A stretch of DNA of 64,000 bases from the NCBI GenBank assembly GCA_046565505.1, contig JBKHYJ010000042.1, positions 67,770-131,769 of the forward strand. The letters run 5' to 3'. A model generated the notes under the pieces. That model worked only from the letters and a program-made list of their open reading frames with translations, ran no database searches and was not told the origin of the DNA. A program made the position numbers and the translations under genes. Below, in pieces: positions 53,186 through 63,817 of the stretch. Positions within the stretch are counted from its first letter, which is position 1. Each line of letters begins with the position of its first letter. Origin of the DNA: Blastocatellia bacterium (GTDB lineage: Bacteria > Acidobacteriota > Blastocatellia > UBA7656).

Positions 53186-56122
53186 TTGCCTTTTGCCTTT
53201 CATACTCCTCTTCTCTATGATTGCGGTATGGAAGATGATTCGTTATTCGAGAATCGGCTGATTGACATCACCCCCCGCAGGCGGCGGGTCTGGCTTTACG
53301 TGACCATCGCCATGGCCGTGGCCGCGCTCCTGTTCGGTTCACAGCTACTCAGAATATACGTGGACTCCCTGTGGTATTCGTCGGTCGGCTACTCGGATGT
53401 TTACTGGTACAAGTTCCGTTTAGGGGGGTTACTGTTCGCGGCCTTCTTCGTCGTCACATTCCTCATCTTCAGGGGCTCTTTCGCGCTGCTGAGCCGCGCC
53501 TTCCCGGAGCTGACGGAGCGGCCCGTCATACGCATCGCGGCTGTCGAAGACATCAAAGAGGTAAACTTCCTGCCATACCTCTACCGCCCGGGGGTATGGG
53601 TGATCTCTACGGGCGCGGCACTGCTGTCCGCGATCAGCATGAGCCAGGCGTGGGCGGACTTCGCGCTGTACCTTAACGCACAGCAGGCGGGCGCGGCTGA
53701 CCCGATCTTCAGCCGCGACGTGGGCTTTTACCTCTTCAAGCTGCCGACGATTGAGATGCTCACGGGGTGGCTGCAAACGATTTCCGTGTTCTTGTTCATC
53801 GTCGTCGCGGGGGCGGCGGGCTACATCTGGTACCTTGAGCGCGTGAGGAACGACGTGACTGCTTCCACGAGGCGGCGCGCGACGGCCGCCATCAGCGCGG
53901 CGGCCGCGCTGATGGCGCTCGCGTTCGCCGCCGGCACCTACGTCGAGCGGTTCGACCTTCTTCAAACCCGCAACAGATTCTTCACGGGGATCAACTACAC
54001 TGACGCGAACGTGCGGCTCGCGGTGATGAATATCTTAATAGTCATCTTTCTCATCTCGGCGGCGGCGCTCGCGGTGAACGCCTTCTCGATGAGGCGGCTC
54101 AAGCTGATCTTCTGGCTCGCGGCTTCCGTCGCGCTCGTCTGGGTGGCGGGGCTGGTGATCATCCCGCAGTCGGTCTTTTACGTCTCCGTCAGGGCGAACG
54201 AGCTCGCGAAGGAATCGCCCTACGTAGAGCATAACATCCAGATGACCAGGCAGGCGTTCGCGCTCGATAATTTCGAGGTGCGGCCATTCGTGCCGGCGGC
54301 GACCCTGACGGCGGAGCAAATCCAGGCTAACCGCGACACGCTCGATAACGTGAGGCTGTGGGACAGGCGTGCCTTGCAGGCCACGCTCGGGCAGATTCAA
54401 GAGATTCGCACCTATTACGATTTCAACATGCCCGACGTTGACAGGTACGTGGTCAATGGCAAGCTCCGGCAGGTGATGCTCACAGCGCGCGAGATGAACA
54501 CGAACCAGTTGCCCGAGAGAAACTGGATCAACCAACACCTCGTCTATACGCACGGGTTCGGCGTGGCGATGAACACCGTCAGCGAGTTCACGCCGGAAGG
54601 CATGCCGCACCTGGTTTTGAAGAACATGCCCGTCGAGAGCTCCGCGCCGGAGATTCAGGTGACCCGGCCCGAAATCTATTTCGGCGAAGAGACCAACGCG
54701 CACGTCTACGTCCGCACGCGGCCGCAGCGCGGGGACCAGCCGGAGTTCAATTACCCCGCGCCCGACAATACGGAGTCCTACACCACGTACGAAGGCGGCG
54801 CGGGGATAGAGGTCGGCGGGCTACTCAGGAAGACGGCGCTCAGCCTTTACCTGGGGGATGGGGCGAACCTGCTATTCTCCGATTACATAAACTCCGACAG
54901 CCGCGTGCTCATCCACCGCAACGTCCGCGAGCGCGTCGAGAAGATCGCCCCATTCCTCATGTTCGACGATGACCCCTACATAGTCATCAGCCGCGCGGGG
55001 AAGCTTTTCTGGATCGTGGACGGCTTCACCTACTCCGACCGCTACCCTTATTCGACCCAGTACTCCGTGGGCGGGCGCGGCCTCAATTATATACGCAACT
55101 CCGTGAAGGCGGTCGTCGACGCCTACGACGGGTCCGTGAACTTTTACGTGTTCGACGAGCCGGCCGACCCCGTAATCAACGCCTACCGAAAAATCTTCCC
55201 CTCGCTCTTCCACGCGAAGGACGAGATGCCCGCCGACCTGCGCGAGCATGTGCGGTACCCGAGCCTGTTGGTGAACGCGCAGGCCCGCGCTTACCTGCTC
55301 TACCACATACAGAACCCGCAGACCTTCTATAACCATGAGGACCTGTGGGCCATCGCCGCGTCGGAAACCCCGGTACAGCAGGGGGGCGACCCTGAACCCA
55401 TGCAGCCTTATCATGTGCTGATGCAGTTGCCCGGCGAGCAACGGCAATCCCTTGAGTTCTTGAACATCCTTCCGTTCACCCCGTCCGGCGGCAGGAGTAA
55501 TATGATAGGGTGGATGGCCGCGCGCAACGACGGCGAGAACTATGGGAAAGTGCTCGTCTACAGCTTCCCGAAGAACGTGACCGTCAATGGGCCCGCGCAG
55601 ATCAGGGCGCGGGTGAACCAGGACCCTGTGCTTTCGCAACAGATGACGCTGTGGAGTCAGAGGGGGTCGGAGCTGCTGCGCGGCAACCTGCTGGTGATTC
55701 CCCTGGCCGACTCGCTGCTCTACGTCGAAGCGTTTTACCTGCAGGCGGAGGGCGGACAGTCCAAGCTGCCGGAGTTAAGGCAAGTGGCCGTCGCGACGCA
55801 GGACAGGCTCGCGTCGTCAAAGACGTTTGACGACGCGCTACAGCTCCTCTTCCCGCAACTTCAAACGAAGCAGCCGCCCCCGCCCGCACAGCCCGAAGGG
55901 CAGATGGCTCGGTCGGGGCCGCAGCAGAATCAGCCCTCGGCCGCGCAGCCTTCAACCCCGCCCCAGGGCGGCGACGTGGACCGCCTCATACAACAGGCGC
56001 AGCAGTCGTTTTCGGATTATGAGAGGCTGACGGCGGAAGGCAAATACAGGGAGGCGGGAGAAAGGCTCGACCAGTTGAAGCAAACCTTCGCGGAGCTCAG
56101 GCGAAAGCGCGCGGGGCAGTGA
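53186..56122 (+). CDS. UPF0182-family large membrane protein
   Basis: About 7 N-terminal TM helices followed by a large extracytoplasmic domain and a Gln/Pro-rich tail. Overall layout and motifs (YxSVGYSDVYW) match UPF0182. Confidence 0.75.
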   Translation: MPFAFHTPLLYDCGMEDDSLFENRLIDITPRRRRVWLYVTIAMAVAALLFGSQLLRIYVDSLWYSSVGYSDVYWYKFRLGGLLFAAFFVVTFLIFRGSFALLSRAFPELTERPVIRIAAVEDIKEVNFLPYLYRPGVWVISTGAALLSAISMSQAWADFALYLNAQQAGAADPIFSRDVGFYLFKLPTIEMLTGWLQTISVFLFIVVAGAAGYIWYLERVRNDVTASTRRRATAAISAAAALMALAFAAGTYVERFDLLQTRNRFFTGINYTDANVRLAVMNILIVIFLISAAALAVNAFSMRRLKLIFWLAASVALVWVAGLVIIPQSVFYVSVRANELAKESPYVEHNIQMTRQAFALDNFEVRPFVPAATLTAEQIQANRDTLDNVRLWDRRALQATLGQIQEIRTYYDFNMPDVDRYVVNGKLRQVMLTAREMNTNQLPERNWINQHLVYTHGFGVAMNTVSEFTPEGMPHLVLKNMPVESSAPEIQVTRPEIYFGEETNAHVYVRTRPQRGDQPEFNYPAPDNTESYTTYEGGAGIEVGGLLRKTALSLYLGDGANLLFSDYINSDSRVLIHRNVRERVEKIAPFLMFDDDPYIVISRAGKLFWIVDGFTYSDRYPYSTQYSVGGRGLNYIRNSVKAVVDAYDGSVNFYVFDEPADPVINAYRKIFPSLFHAKDEMPADLREHVRYPSLLVNAQARAYLLYHIQNPQTFYNHEDLWAIAASETPVQQGGDPEPMQPYHVLMQLPGEQRQSLEFLNILPFTPSGGRSNMIGWMAARNDGENYGKVLVYSFPKNVTVNGPAQIRARVNQDPVLSQQMTLWSQRGSELLRGNLLVIPLADSLLYVEAFYLQAEGGQSKLPELRQVAVATQDRLASSKTFDDALQLLFPQLQTKQPPPPAQPEGQMARSGPQQNQPSAAQPSTPPQGGDVDRLIQQAQQSFSDYERLTAEGKYREAGERLDQLKQTFAELRRKRAGQ

Positions 56123-56176
56123 CGGAGCATTCTCCACGGGACAAAAACGACGCGGTCACTCTCTCGCCAGGACCCG

Positions 56177-57295
56177 TCATGGCTTATGCACGATCACGTC
56201 TACGCCGCGCGATGCGAGCTCGCCTTCGATGTCGCCGGCCAAAAACCGCCGCGCTTCCTCCCTTTGCCTCAACACCGAGTCCATATGGCAAAGCGTGAGC
56301 CCGCGCACGAACAGGTGTGCCTGTTCCCCCGAACATAGTTCCGAGATGGGGAGCATCTCCTTCGGAATCCATGCCAGCTCCCCCGAGAACGGCATTGCCC
56401 GTATGCTCTCATGCTCTTGCTCGACGTTGTCCATGAAGTGCGCGTGGTCGGCCCTGCGCAAGATGACCATTTGTTTTGTCGCCGGAGTCCTTTGGAATAG
56501 CTCATACAGGCCGGCCAGCGGAATGGGGGTGTCGTTCTCCGCGGCCAGGTACAACGTCGGAACGTCGCGCCCCCATGCGAAAGTAAGCTTCACGGGCAGA
56601 ATCCCCGGACGGGGCTTGGAATTTCCGCCCGGCGCGAGCGCCACCACGGCCCGTATGCGCCGCTCGACTTCGGTCGCGGCGAGCGCCGTCCACCCCCCGA
56701 AGCTGTGGCCGACGATCCCGACCCGGCCGCCATCAATCAGCGCTTCCGACTCCCACGCCGCGCTATTAAGCAGGTGATCGAGGAGGAAGCGTACATCAGG
56801 CACTCGGCTCGCTATCATCGCGTCCACTCGCGCGGCCCTCTGGTCGTCCGTCTCGCCGTCCCTGCGTGCCAGTTCCGCCGCCACCACCTCCGAGTGGTCC
56901 AACGCCGCGACGACGTACCCGTGGCTGCTCAAGTGCGTGCAAAGAAACGTGGCGGCCCGACGGTGCCCGCCGCTGTGGTGCGAGAAAATTATCAGCGGGT
57001 AAGTTCCGGGCAGCGCCGCGGCGTCGCGCACGGCCATCTGGCCGCGCGGCGTGTCCCGCGGCGGAACAGTGAATAGGTCTTGTGTTCCCGGCGCGCTATC
57101 CTGGCCCGCATGGCGCGCGGCCGCAGGATACCAGACCTCGCAGGGGAATGGCCTGTCCCGCGCCGCATCGAGCGCCCGGATCGTACGCACGCCCACAGGG
57201 AATCGCCCCCGGACGAAGGGGTCGTACTCGCCGGCATCTGCCGGCCCGCTTTTTTTGGAGCGTTGTTTCGCAGGCTCAAAGTTTTCGATGGCCAT
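56177..57295 (-). CDS. alpha/beta hydrolase (dienelactone-hydrolase / PAF-acetylhydrolase-like)
   Basis: GHSFGG nucleophile elbow. Start at MAIENF with GGAGAGG RBS; the track start is upstream. Confidence 0.7.
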   Translation of the reverse strand: MAIENFEPAKQRSKKSGPADAGEYDPFVRGRFPVGVRTIRALDAARDRPFPCEVWYPAAARHAGQDSAPGTQDLFTVPPRDTPRGQMAVRDAAALPGTYPLIIFSHHSGGHRRAATFLCTHLSSHGYVVAALDHSEVVAAELARRDGETDDQRAARVDAMIASRVPDVRFLLDHLLNSAAWESEALIDGGRVGIVGHSFGGWTALAATEVERRIRAVVALAPGGNSKPRPGILPVKLTFAWGRDVPTLYLAAENDTPIPLAGLYELFQRTPATKQMVILRRADHAHFMDNVEQEHESIRAMPFSGELAWIPKEMLPISELCSGEQAHLFVRGLTLCHMDSVLRQREEARRFLAGDIEGELASRGVDVIVHKP

Positions 57296-57484
57296 CAAAA
57301 ATACCTCTCCGTCCCGGCGCGGACGCGCCCCGGACTCCGCACACATTATATCGTTTAGGGGGCCGCGCTCACAGAGAGATTGAGGGAAGCGTGGGCGCGC
57401 GAAGCTACGGACGGCGGGCGTGACCTGAGGGAGGCCGGGGCCGGACTCGCCCCGCCCAGGTGTAGGTCTTGATTGCTTCCGCGC

Positions 57485-58732
57485 TCATCCTTCCGGCCGG
57501 GGCGCTTCTATTTCGGCGACTATAGAATGTAGCTGATTTGTTATCGCTTCGCGCTCAAACTTGATCCCGATCATCGGCAGGAATACGCGCTCGCGCGCCG
57601 CGCCGCTTATCTCTTTCAACAGCAAATGGCAAAATGCCGTCAGCACCTCCGGCGCGAATTGCTTGCCTGAGTTCCGCCGCAAGTCCGCCAGCGCGCGTTC
57701 GAGCGGCAGGCGCGAGCGGTACGGCCTGTCGGTCATCATCGCGTCGAACGAATCCGCGAGCGTGACTATCTTTGCGCCCAGGGGAATCTGGTCGCCCCTC
57801 AGGCCCTGCGGGTAGCCCGTCCCGTCCACTTTCTCGTGATGGCACTTCGTCATGTAAGCTATCTCGTTCCAGGGGTGCCTGATGTGCGACAGGATTTCGT
57901 ACCCGGTCGTCACATGCTTGTTCAGCTCCGTGAATTCCCGTTCGGTCAGGGGGCGCGGGTTGTTTATGATGGCGCGGTCGACGGTTATTTTTCCGATGTC
58001 GTGTAGGTAGGCGGCAACGCCGATGTACTCCAGCTCCTGTCCCGCCAGGCCCATCTCGCGGGCGATGGCGTCGGCGTATTTTGCCACGCGGTCCGAGTGG
58101 CCGCTCGTGTAAGTGTCCTTCAGGTCGATCGCGGTCCCGAAGGCGCGGACCGTGTCGCGATAAATCTGGCGCATCTCGCGAAACATCCTGCGGTTCTCGT
58201 CCGCCTTGCGCTTGAGCGACACCATCAGGCGGTGGTTGTAGAAGGCTATGGCTATGTGCCGCGAGATTGTGTTGATGATTTCAAGGTCGTCGCCGCCGTA
58301 CTCCTCGCGCGTGAACTTCTCGGATAAGAAAATCATGCCCATCAGTTCGCCGCGGGCCACCATAGGGATCGCGGCGTGAGCGCGCAGGCGCTTTAGCAAG
58401 TCGTCGTTCCTGCGGACGAAATGCGCGAGCCCGTTGCGCTCCGAGGCGAGCGACACGGGGCGTGCGCGGAGCGCGAGTTGCTCCGCCTCGTCACGGCCGA
58501 GCGAAATCGTCTGGCCCACCGCGCCCGCAAGCCCCTTCGCCGCGACTATTTTCAACAGGCGAGGGCGGTTGCTGAATCGCGCGATGGCCCCGCGCGGTAT
58601 GGCGAGCGTGCCGAGCAGCGTGTGCAGCGAGGCGCGCGTGACCTCTTCAAAATTATGCGTCGAGCTTATCTCCGCCCCGAGGTCTGTGATAGAGCCCAGA
58701 GTGTGCATTAACTTCCTGAGAGTGAGTTTCAT
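57485..58732 (-). CDS. GAF-domain HD-GYP phosphodiesterase (c-di-GMP)
   Basis: HDIGK ... HHEKVDGTGYP motifs of HD-GYP. N-terminal GAF-like region. Confidence 0.85.
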   Translation of the reverse strand: MKLTLRKLMHTLGSITDLGAEISSTHNFEEVTRASLHTLLGTLAIPRGAIARFSNRPRLLKIVAAKGLAGAVGQTISLGRDEAEQLALRARPVSLASERNGLAHFVRRNDDLLKRLRAHAAIPMVARGELMGMIFLSEKFTREEYGGDDLEIINTISRHIAIAFYNHRLMVSLKRKADENRRMFREMRQIYRDTVRAFGTAIDLKDTYTSGHSDRVAKYADAIAREMGLAGQELEYIGVAAYLHDIGKITVDRAIINNPRPLTEREFTELNKHVTTGYEILSHIRHPWNEIAYMTKCHHEKVDGTGYPQGLRGDQIPLGAKIVTLADSFDAMMTDRPYRSRLPLERALADLRRNSGKQFAPEVLTAFCHLLLKEISGAARERVFLPMIGIKFEREAITNQLHSIVAEIEAPRPEG

Positions 58733-59112
58733 ACGCCCTCCCCTGCCCGGATTCCTGGCCCGGCTTGCGCGCGAATCCTCTGGAGCGCGCTCTGCTCGGT
58801 CTGTTCAATGCGGACGTGCGACAGGAGGCCGAGCATCTCGAACAGCTCCCGGTTAGACGCGCTGAGGTTGGAGAGCATCAACGTCCCGCGCGCGTCGTTG
58901 ACGGCCTCGATCACGCCGAGCAGGATCGAGATGCCTATGCTGTTGATCAGCTCTGTCTCTTCAAAATTGATGACGATGTGGCGCACGCCCCCCCGAAGCA
59001 ACTCTTGACAGTGCGCCTCTATGTCCTCGCCCCTGAGTTGATTGAGGTAAGGGCCGGGGGAAATTACGGCCGCGCCCTGGACTATCTTTGCTCTGATTTC
59101 GGTAGCATTCAT
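58729..59112 (-). CDS. STAS-domain anti-sigma-factor antagonist
   Basis: 127 aa SpoIIAA-like protein (INFEETELINSIGISILLG, conserved phospho-Ser region). 4-nt ATGA overlap with downstream HD-GYP. Confidence 0.8.
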   Translation of the reverse strand: MNATEIRAKIVQGAAVISPGPYLNQLRGEDIEAHCQELLRGGVRHIVINFEETELINSIGISILLGVIEAVNDARGTLMLSNLSASNRELFEMLGLLSHVRIEQTEQSALQRIRAQAGPGIRAGEGV

Positions 59113-59239
59113 CTAGGCCTCCAGACGAAGACTTCAAGGATTAATCGGTTATGCCTGCGTGGATGAGAAGCCGAACGATAATGGTGCCGGGTGCCCGGCG
59201 CGGCGCGAGCGCCGCGTCAAGAGACGAGCGACTCGGCGC

Positions 59240-61684
59240 TCAGTCTTCAACCTTCGTGCGCTTGAGAAACTTTGTCATAACGAGGCTGGCGCCGTCGTCC
59301 GCGCGCTCGAAACGTACCTCGTCCATCAGCGCGCGGATTATCTTCAGGCCGCGGCCGCGCGAGGCGGCCGCGGGCGTCACGCCAATCAAGGGGGTAGATT
59401 GGCCTTCCGCCGCGCCTACCGCTTTACCCCTGTTCGATACGGTGATTACCAGCCGGTCGTCTTCGATCGAGAACCGCTGGTATATGCGCCGGTCAGGGCT
59501 GTCGCCGTGCTCGGCCGCGTTGATGCAGGCTTCGATCAGGGCGGTCTTGATTTGGTTAATCGCCTCCTGCTCGAAATCGGCCGCCCGCGCGATCTGCTCC
59601 ACGGTCCGCGCCGCTATAAGCTCGGCCTCGTCTTCGGCCGGGATGACTAGCTCGAACTCGCTCGCGGGCCGCGGCCCGGCCTCGCCCGCCGACAGCTTCA
59701 CCAGGTAATCCTGTATCAGGTCGAGCTGAGAGTAAGTCGAGCGATAAGCCCGCAGGCTCGACAGCCGCTCGGCGGCGACGGCGGAAAAACCTTCCTTGCT
59801 GATGTACCAGCGGACCGCCCGCCCGGCCTGGGCCGACCTGTCGCGCGCCGCGCGCGAGCCTGTTTCCAGCCGCTGGTCTATCCTGTTGAGAGTCTCCACG
59901 TCGAGCGGCTCCTTAGAATTTATCAGCGCGATCAGCCAGTGGACCTCGTTAGCCTCGCTGTAGATGCCTCCCTCGAAGCCGTTCGCGGAAAATAGCCGCC
60001 AAGTAATCCCCGGCTGCTCGCCGGCGCCCGCGTCGTCAACCATGACGATCTGCGGCAGGCGCACGCGGTCGGGCTCCTCGTCCAGCGCCCTGCGCACCTG
60101 CACGCGGCTCATCCCGCGATACCGCTTCTCGAACGCCGACTGGTCAAAAAGCGTCGCGGGCAGGCCTTGAAAGTCGAAGCGCGATAAGAGGGCCACGAGC
60201 TGGGATTCCACGGCGCGGTTGTAGCGCGACATCATCAGGCGGTAGGAATCCTTCAGCTTTTCGCCGAGCAGTCGTTCGCCCGCGACGGGCCGCCGGCCCC
60301 CGGCTATCTCGCTCCTGTACTTCGCCCGCGCGAAGTCCGCGAGGACCGGGTCGTCCGGCGCATTCACAAACCCGTAATTGATCTCAAGAAGCTCGCGGGT
60401 GTGCAAGCGGGCGAGCAACGCGTCCGCGTCGGCCACATGCTCGCTCATCCGATCTATCACCGCGTCGATAGGGACGGCGGAGCCGGAATCAAGAACCAGG
60501 CCGACCGCCTCAAAAGCCGCGCGGCGCGAGCGCGGGTCGGGCGCAAGGTCTCGCAGCAGCGCCCCCAGGTAATGGCTTATGCGACCGCTGAGGACCTCTT
60601 CCGTATACACGCGCTCAAACTCCATGAAGGTCTTCAGCGCCATGCCCCGCGACGCCGCGCCATCAAGGAGCGCATGAATGTAAAAGAGGTCGCGGTTGAG
60701 CTGTTGGATCATCAGCTCGGTCGTCGAATCGCTTATATCTACGCCGAGCCCTCGCGCTGACGCGCGGATCATGCGTTCGAGGGGTTCTTCGCCCATCGCC
60801 TCAAGGCGGATCAAATCGAGCCTGCTGAAGAGTGCTTCGTCGGGGGGTATGAGGTCAACCATCATGCGGCGCAGCCCGCAGAGCAAGTACGTCGGGACGG
60901 CCATGTGGGCCGCGCCCGCCTGTGCTTGCGGGCCATCGGCGGCGAGCGCCCTGAGAAGCTCCGAGCGAAGTCCCGCGAGCGATGTTCTGGCGCGGCCCGC
61001 CCCGGCGGCCTCCGCCGCAGACTTATCGTGCGAAGCTCCCCCGAGGCCCTGCGCCTCCGCGCCGCCCGCGAGCAGGTGGGAATTATCTATCATCACGAAG
61101 GGCGAGATGCGGGCGTTCGCGGCCGCGGCCGCCGGCGCGGACAGGGCTGCTCGCACGAGCGAGGGCGTGTCGCCCGCGGCGGCGGCCCGGGAGAACGAAT
61201 CGACTATCGCTCTGACCCAGAGGTAATCCTCCGGGGGGGCCGCGCGCGCGATCGCGGCTGGAGGCTCGTCCGCGGCCCCGACCAGCCTGGGGTCCGCGCG
61301 GCGGAACGCTATGAGCTGTGCGAGAAATTGCGATAGGAAATCGAGCGCGAACCGCTCAGGCTCCAGCGGGTAGGGCTTGAAGGCGTAATAAACCGGCGCG
61401 ACCTCCCCGCCCTCGTTGAACAGGAGGTCGAAGCACTTGCGGAGGAGTTCGGACTTGCCCACGCGGGGTGGCCCGAGCAGCAGCGCGTTGCGGGCGCGGC
61501 GCGACCTCTGCCCCTGCCGAATGGCGACGGGTGATTCGGCCGCGCGGCCCGGCGGCGGGAGCTCACGCCTGACCCGCCCGGTCGCTAACGAGTAGAGCTT
61601 ATCCAGCTCGGCCTCGCGGTCGAAGAATTCATCACCGGAGAGCCGACTAAGAACCCGCCTCAGGTCAGAATTATCCATTTGCAT
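59240..61684 (-). CDS. fusion protein: N-terminal P-loop NTPase (AAA/STAND-like) plus C-terminal RsbW-type HATPase_c serine-kinase domain
   Basis: Walker A LLLGPPRVGKSEL near the N-terminus. C-terminal IEACINAAEHG ... GRGLKIIRALMDEV (GHKL kinase N- and G-boxes). The start overlaps the GGDEF stop; the alternative track start is 61753. Confidence 0.7.
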   Translation of the reverse strand: MQMDNSDLRRVLSRLSGDEFFDREAELDKLYSLATGRVRRELPPPGRAAESPVAIRQGQRSRRARNALLLGPPRVGKSELLRKCFDLLFNEGGEVAPVYYAFKPYPLEPERFALDFLSQFLAQLIAFRRADPRLVGAADEPPAAIARAAPPEDYLWVRAIVDSFSRAAAAGDTPSLVRAALSAPAAAAANARISPFVMIDNSHLLAGGAEAQGLGGASHDKSAAEAAGAGRARTSLAGLRSELLRALAADGPQAQAGAAHMAVPTYLLCGLRRMMVDLIPPDEALFSRLDLIRLEAMGEEPLERMIRASARGLGVDISDSTTELMIQQLNRDLFYIHALLDGAASRGMALKTFMEFERVYTEEVLSGRISHYLGALLRDLAPDPRSRRAAFEAVGLVLDSGSAVPIDAVIDRMSEHVADADALLARLHTRELLEINYGFVNAPDDPVLADFARAKYRSEIAGGRRPVAGERLLGEKLKDSYRLMMSRYNRAVESQLVALLSRFDFQGLPATLFDQSAFEKRYRGMSRVQVRRALDEEPDRVRLPQIVMVDDAGAGEQPGITWRLFSANGFEGGIYSEANEVHWLIALINSKEPLDVETLNRIDQRLETGSRAARDRSAQAGRAVRWYISKEGFSAVAAERLSSLRAYRSTYSQLDLIQDYLVKLSAGEAGPRPASEFELVIPAEDEAELIAARTVEQIARAADFEQEAINQIKTALIEACINAAEHGDSPDRRIYQRFSIEDDRLVITVSNRGKAVGAAEGQSTPLIGVTPAAASRGRGLKIIRALMDEVRFERADDGASLVMTKFLKRTKVED

Positions 61685-63320
61685 CTTCGCAGACTGCCAC
61701 GCAATTGCGGCCGCGCGTCTTCGCCTGATAAAGGGCGCGGTCTGCGGACTCAATGATCGAAAGGGGGCTTTGCCTTGCGAGGCCGAAAGAAGAAACGCCT
61801 ATGCTGAGGGTGACTCTCTCCATCAGTTCGCCCTGCTCGGACCTGTACTCCGCCTCACAGACGGCCTTGCGCAGCCGCTCCGCGATACGCGCGGCGTCGC
61901 CGACCTCCGTTTCCGGGAGCACGATGCAGAACTCGTCGCCGGCGAACCGGGCGGACATGTCAATCGCGCGGATCGAGCCGCGCAGCATCTGGGCCGTCTT
62001 CACAAGGACGTGGTCGGCGTTCGTGTGGCCGTAGAAGTCGTTGTAGCTCTTGAAGCGGTCAACGTCGAGAATCATGAAAGACATGGGCGTGTTGTAACGC
62101 TTCGACCGCTCGACCTCTTCAAAGAGCCTGTCCTGAAGGTAGCGCCGGTTCGGCAGGCCCGTCAGGGGGTCTGTCAGAGACATCCGCTGATAAGCCTCCG
62201 CCTTACGGTGCCACTCGGTCCTGTCGATTATGAGCGCCAGGTGCGGGGACATCAGCTCAAGCAGCGGCAGGTCCTCGTCTCCGTATGGGATGCCGCCGGT
62301 GCGGTCCGTCAAGTTGATGACGCCGACCTTTCGTGCACCGAGCGTTATCGGGTAGCTGATGAATGAGCCGGACTTGTAGCGCCCGGGCCGGCCGCGCGGC
62401 ACGCGCTTGTCCGTCTCGGCGTCGCGCACGACGAGCGGCCTGCCGCTGGCCAGCACCGCGCCGGCCACGCCCTCCCCGAGCTTGAGGCGGACGGCCCCCA
62501 TCCGCTCGGAATAGGCTCCCAGAGCCGCTTCCAGGGCAAGCTCGTTCGACGTTTCGTTGAGAATCATGAGCGAGCTGCGCTCCGCCCTCAGTATCTCGCT
62601 GAACCTGGCGAGGACGCTGTGGTAGACCTTTTGGGAGTCGATAGTGGACGCGATGCCGCGCAAAAAATCGTAGAACTGCGCGAGGGCGCGCTTTCTGCTT
62701 TCGAGCTGGTCGGTGAGCCGAATGATCTCCAGGTGCGCGTCCATCAGCTCGGGCGAGGCCTGGGTTATCTCCGCCGGCCGGGGCTGTGGCTCGCCCGCTT
62801 CGCGGAAATGACAGGCGGCGGACGAGGCGACCTGTTCGGCGGCCTCGCGCAAGTCCCGCGAGGCCACGAACTTTACGTTCTTCATACAGTCCCCGGCCGT
62901 CAACGCGTCAAGGTCGCCGTAGCGCCTCATCATGTCCGCGTATTCGGCGGCCGTGGTGAAGGCCCTGCCGCCCAGTATCACCAACTGCTTTCCGGCGAAG
63001 TGGACGGGTATGGCGAAGCAATGGAGCCCCGCGTGGCAGACGAAGTCAACGCGCGCGCCGCCCCCCGCCGTGTTGGCGCATGCCGCCGCGCAATCGGCCG
63101 CGCACAACTGCCCGTAGTCGGCAGAGACTCTGAGCGCCTGGCAGATGCTGTTGTCATTCTCTATGCTCCCCACCACGTCGCCGTTATGGCCGAGCGTGCT
63201 GAGAGATATGTCATTTCTTTCGGCGAGCGACTTTTGAAGGCGCAACCAGACGGCGAGCGAGGTATCGGATTGGCTTTCGCCCTGCGAGGCTGCTGCCTTC
63301 CTGATGATCTGTTTGCTCAA
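61671..63320 (-). CDS. GAF-GGDEF diguanylate cyclase (AGDEF variant) with Cys-rich N-terminal region
   Basis: RYLQDR...MSFMILDVDRFKSYNDFYGH...RFAGDEFCIVL (GGDEF domain, with A at the first G position). N-terminal CAADCAAACAN...CHAGLHC cluster. Confidence 0.85.
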   Translation of the reverse strand: MSKQIIRKAAASQGESQSDTSLAVWLRLQKSLAERNDISLSTLGHNGDVVGSIENDNSICQALRVSADYGQLCAADCAAACANTAGGGARVDFVCHAGLHCFAIPVHFAGKQLVILGGRAFTTAAEYADMMRRYGDLDALTAGDCMKNVKFVASRDLREAAEQVASSAACHFREAGEPQPRPAEITQASPELMDAHLEIIRLTDQLESRKRALAQFYDFLRGIASTIDSQKVYHSVLARFSEILRAERSSLMILNETSNELALEAALGAYSERMGAVRLKLGEGVAGAVLASGRPLVVRDAETDKRVPRGRPGRYKSGSFISYPITLGARKVGVINLTDRTGGIPYGDEDLPLLELMSPHLALIIDRTEWHRKAEAYQRMSLTDPLTGLPNRRYLQDRLFEEVERSKRYNTPMSFMILDVDRFKSYNDFYGHTNADHVLVKTAQMLRGSIRAIDMSARFAGDEFCIVLPETEVGDAARIAERLRKAVCEAEYRSEQGELMERVTLSIGVSSFGLARQSPLSIIESADRALYQAKTRGRNCVAVCEDANG

Positions 63321-63817
63321 GAGTACAAGGAACCGGAGTCGGCTCCTACCTCCACCTGTTTATAGCCAAGAAGAAATACAAGATGCAACCTGGTCTCTAG
63401 TTCCTGCTAGTTACCCGAGGCGACGGGGCATATATAGACGGCCGGATGGGCCTGCCCGGCGCTGAAATACATGTCCACGTGAGTCTGTAAACTGCCTGCT
63501 TGATAATAGGTGCGATGCGCAGTCGCAAAGTAGCATATGCGTAATAAGTTTTCAATAGCAACTTATAGTACCGATTCAGGTAACTCGCCGCCCTGGAGAG
63601 CGCGGTGCGCGGGCCGGCGCATAGGCGCGGCGGCGTGAGGGATCGCGGATTGTCATGAATGAGACAGACCCATGTCGGCCCGAGTCGACCACACATTACC
63701 TATGCCATGCGTGGTTCACCCCTTCCAACTCGCAAGTACGCCGGCCCGGCGGTGAGAAACTGGGGTCATATACTCGCCCGGAGTGTGCAATAACCTGGGC
63801 GCATGATGAGAGCAATC

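Noticed and set aside
53429-55639. Three minus-strand ORFs (178, 222, 255 aa) within the UPF0182 gene
   Set aside because: Antisense to a 978-aa ORF with clear TM topology. His/Arg/Val-rich translations without motifs.
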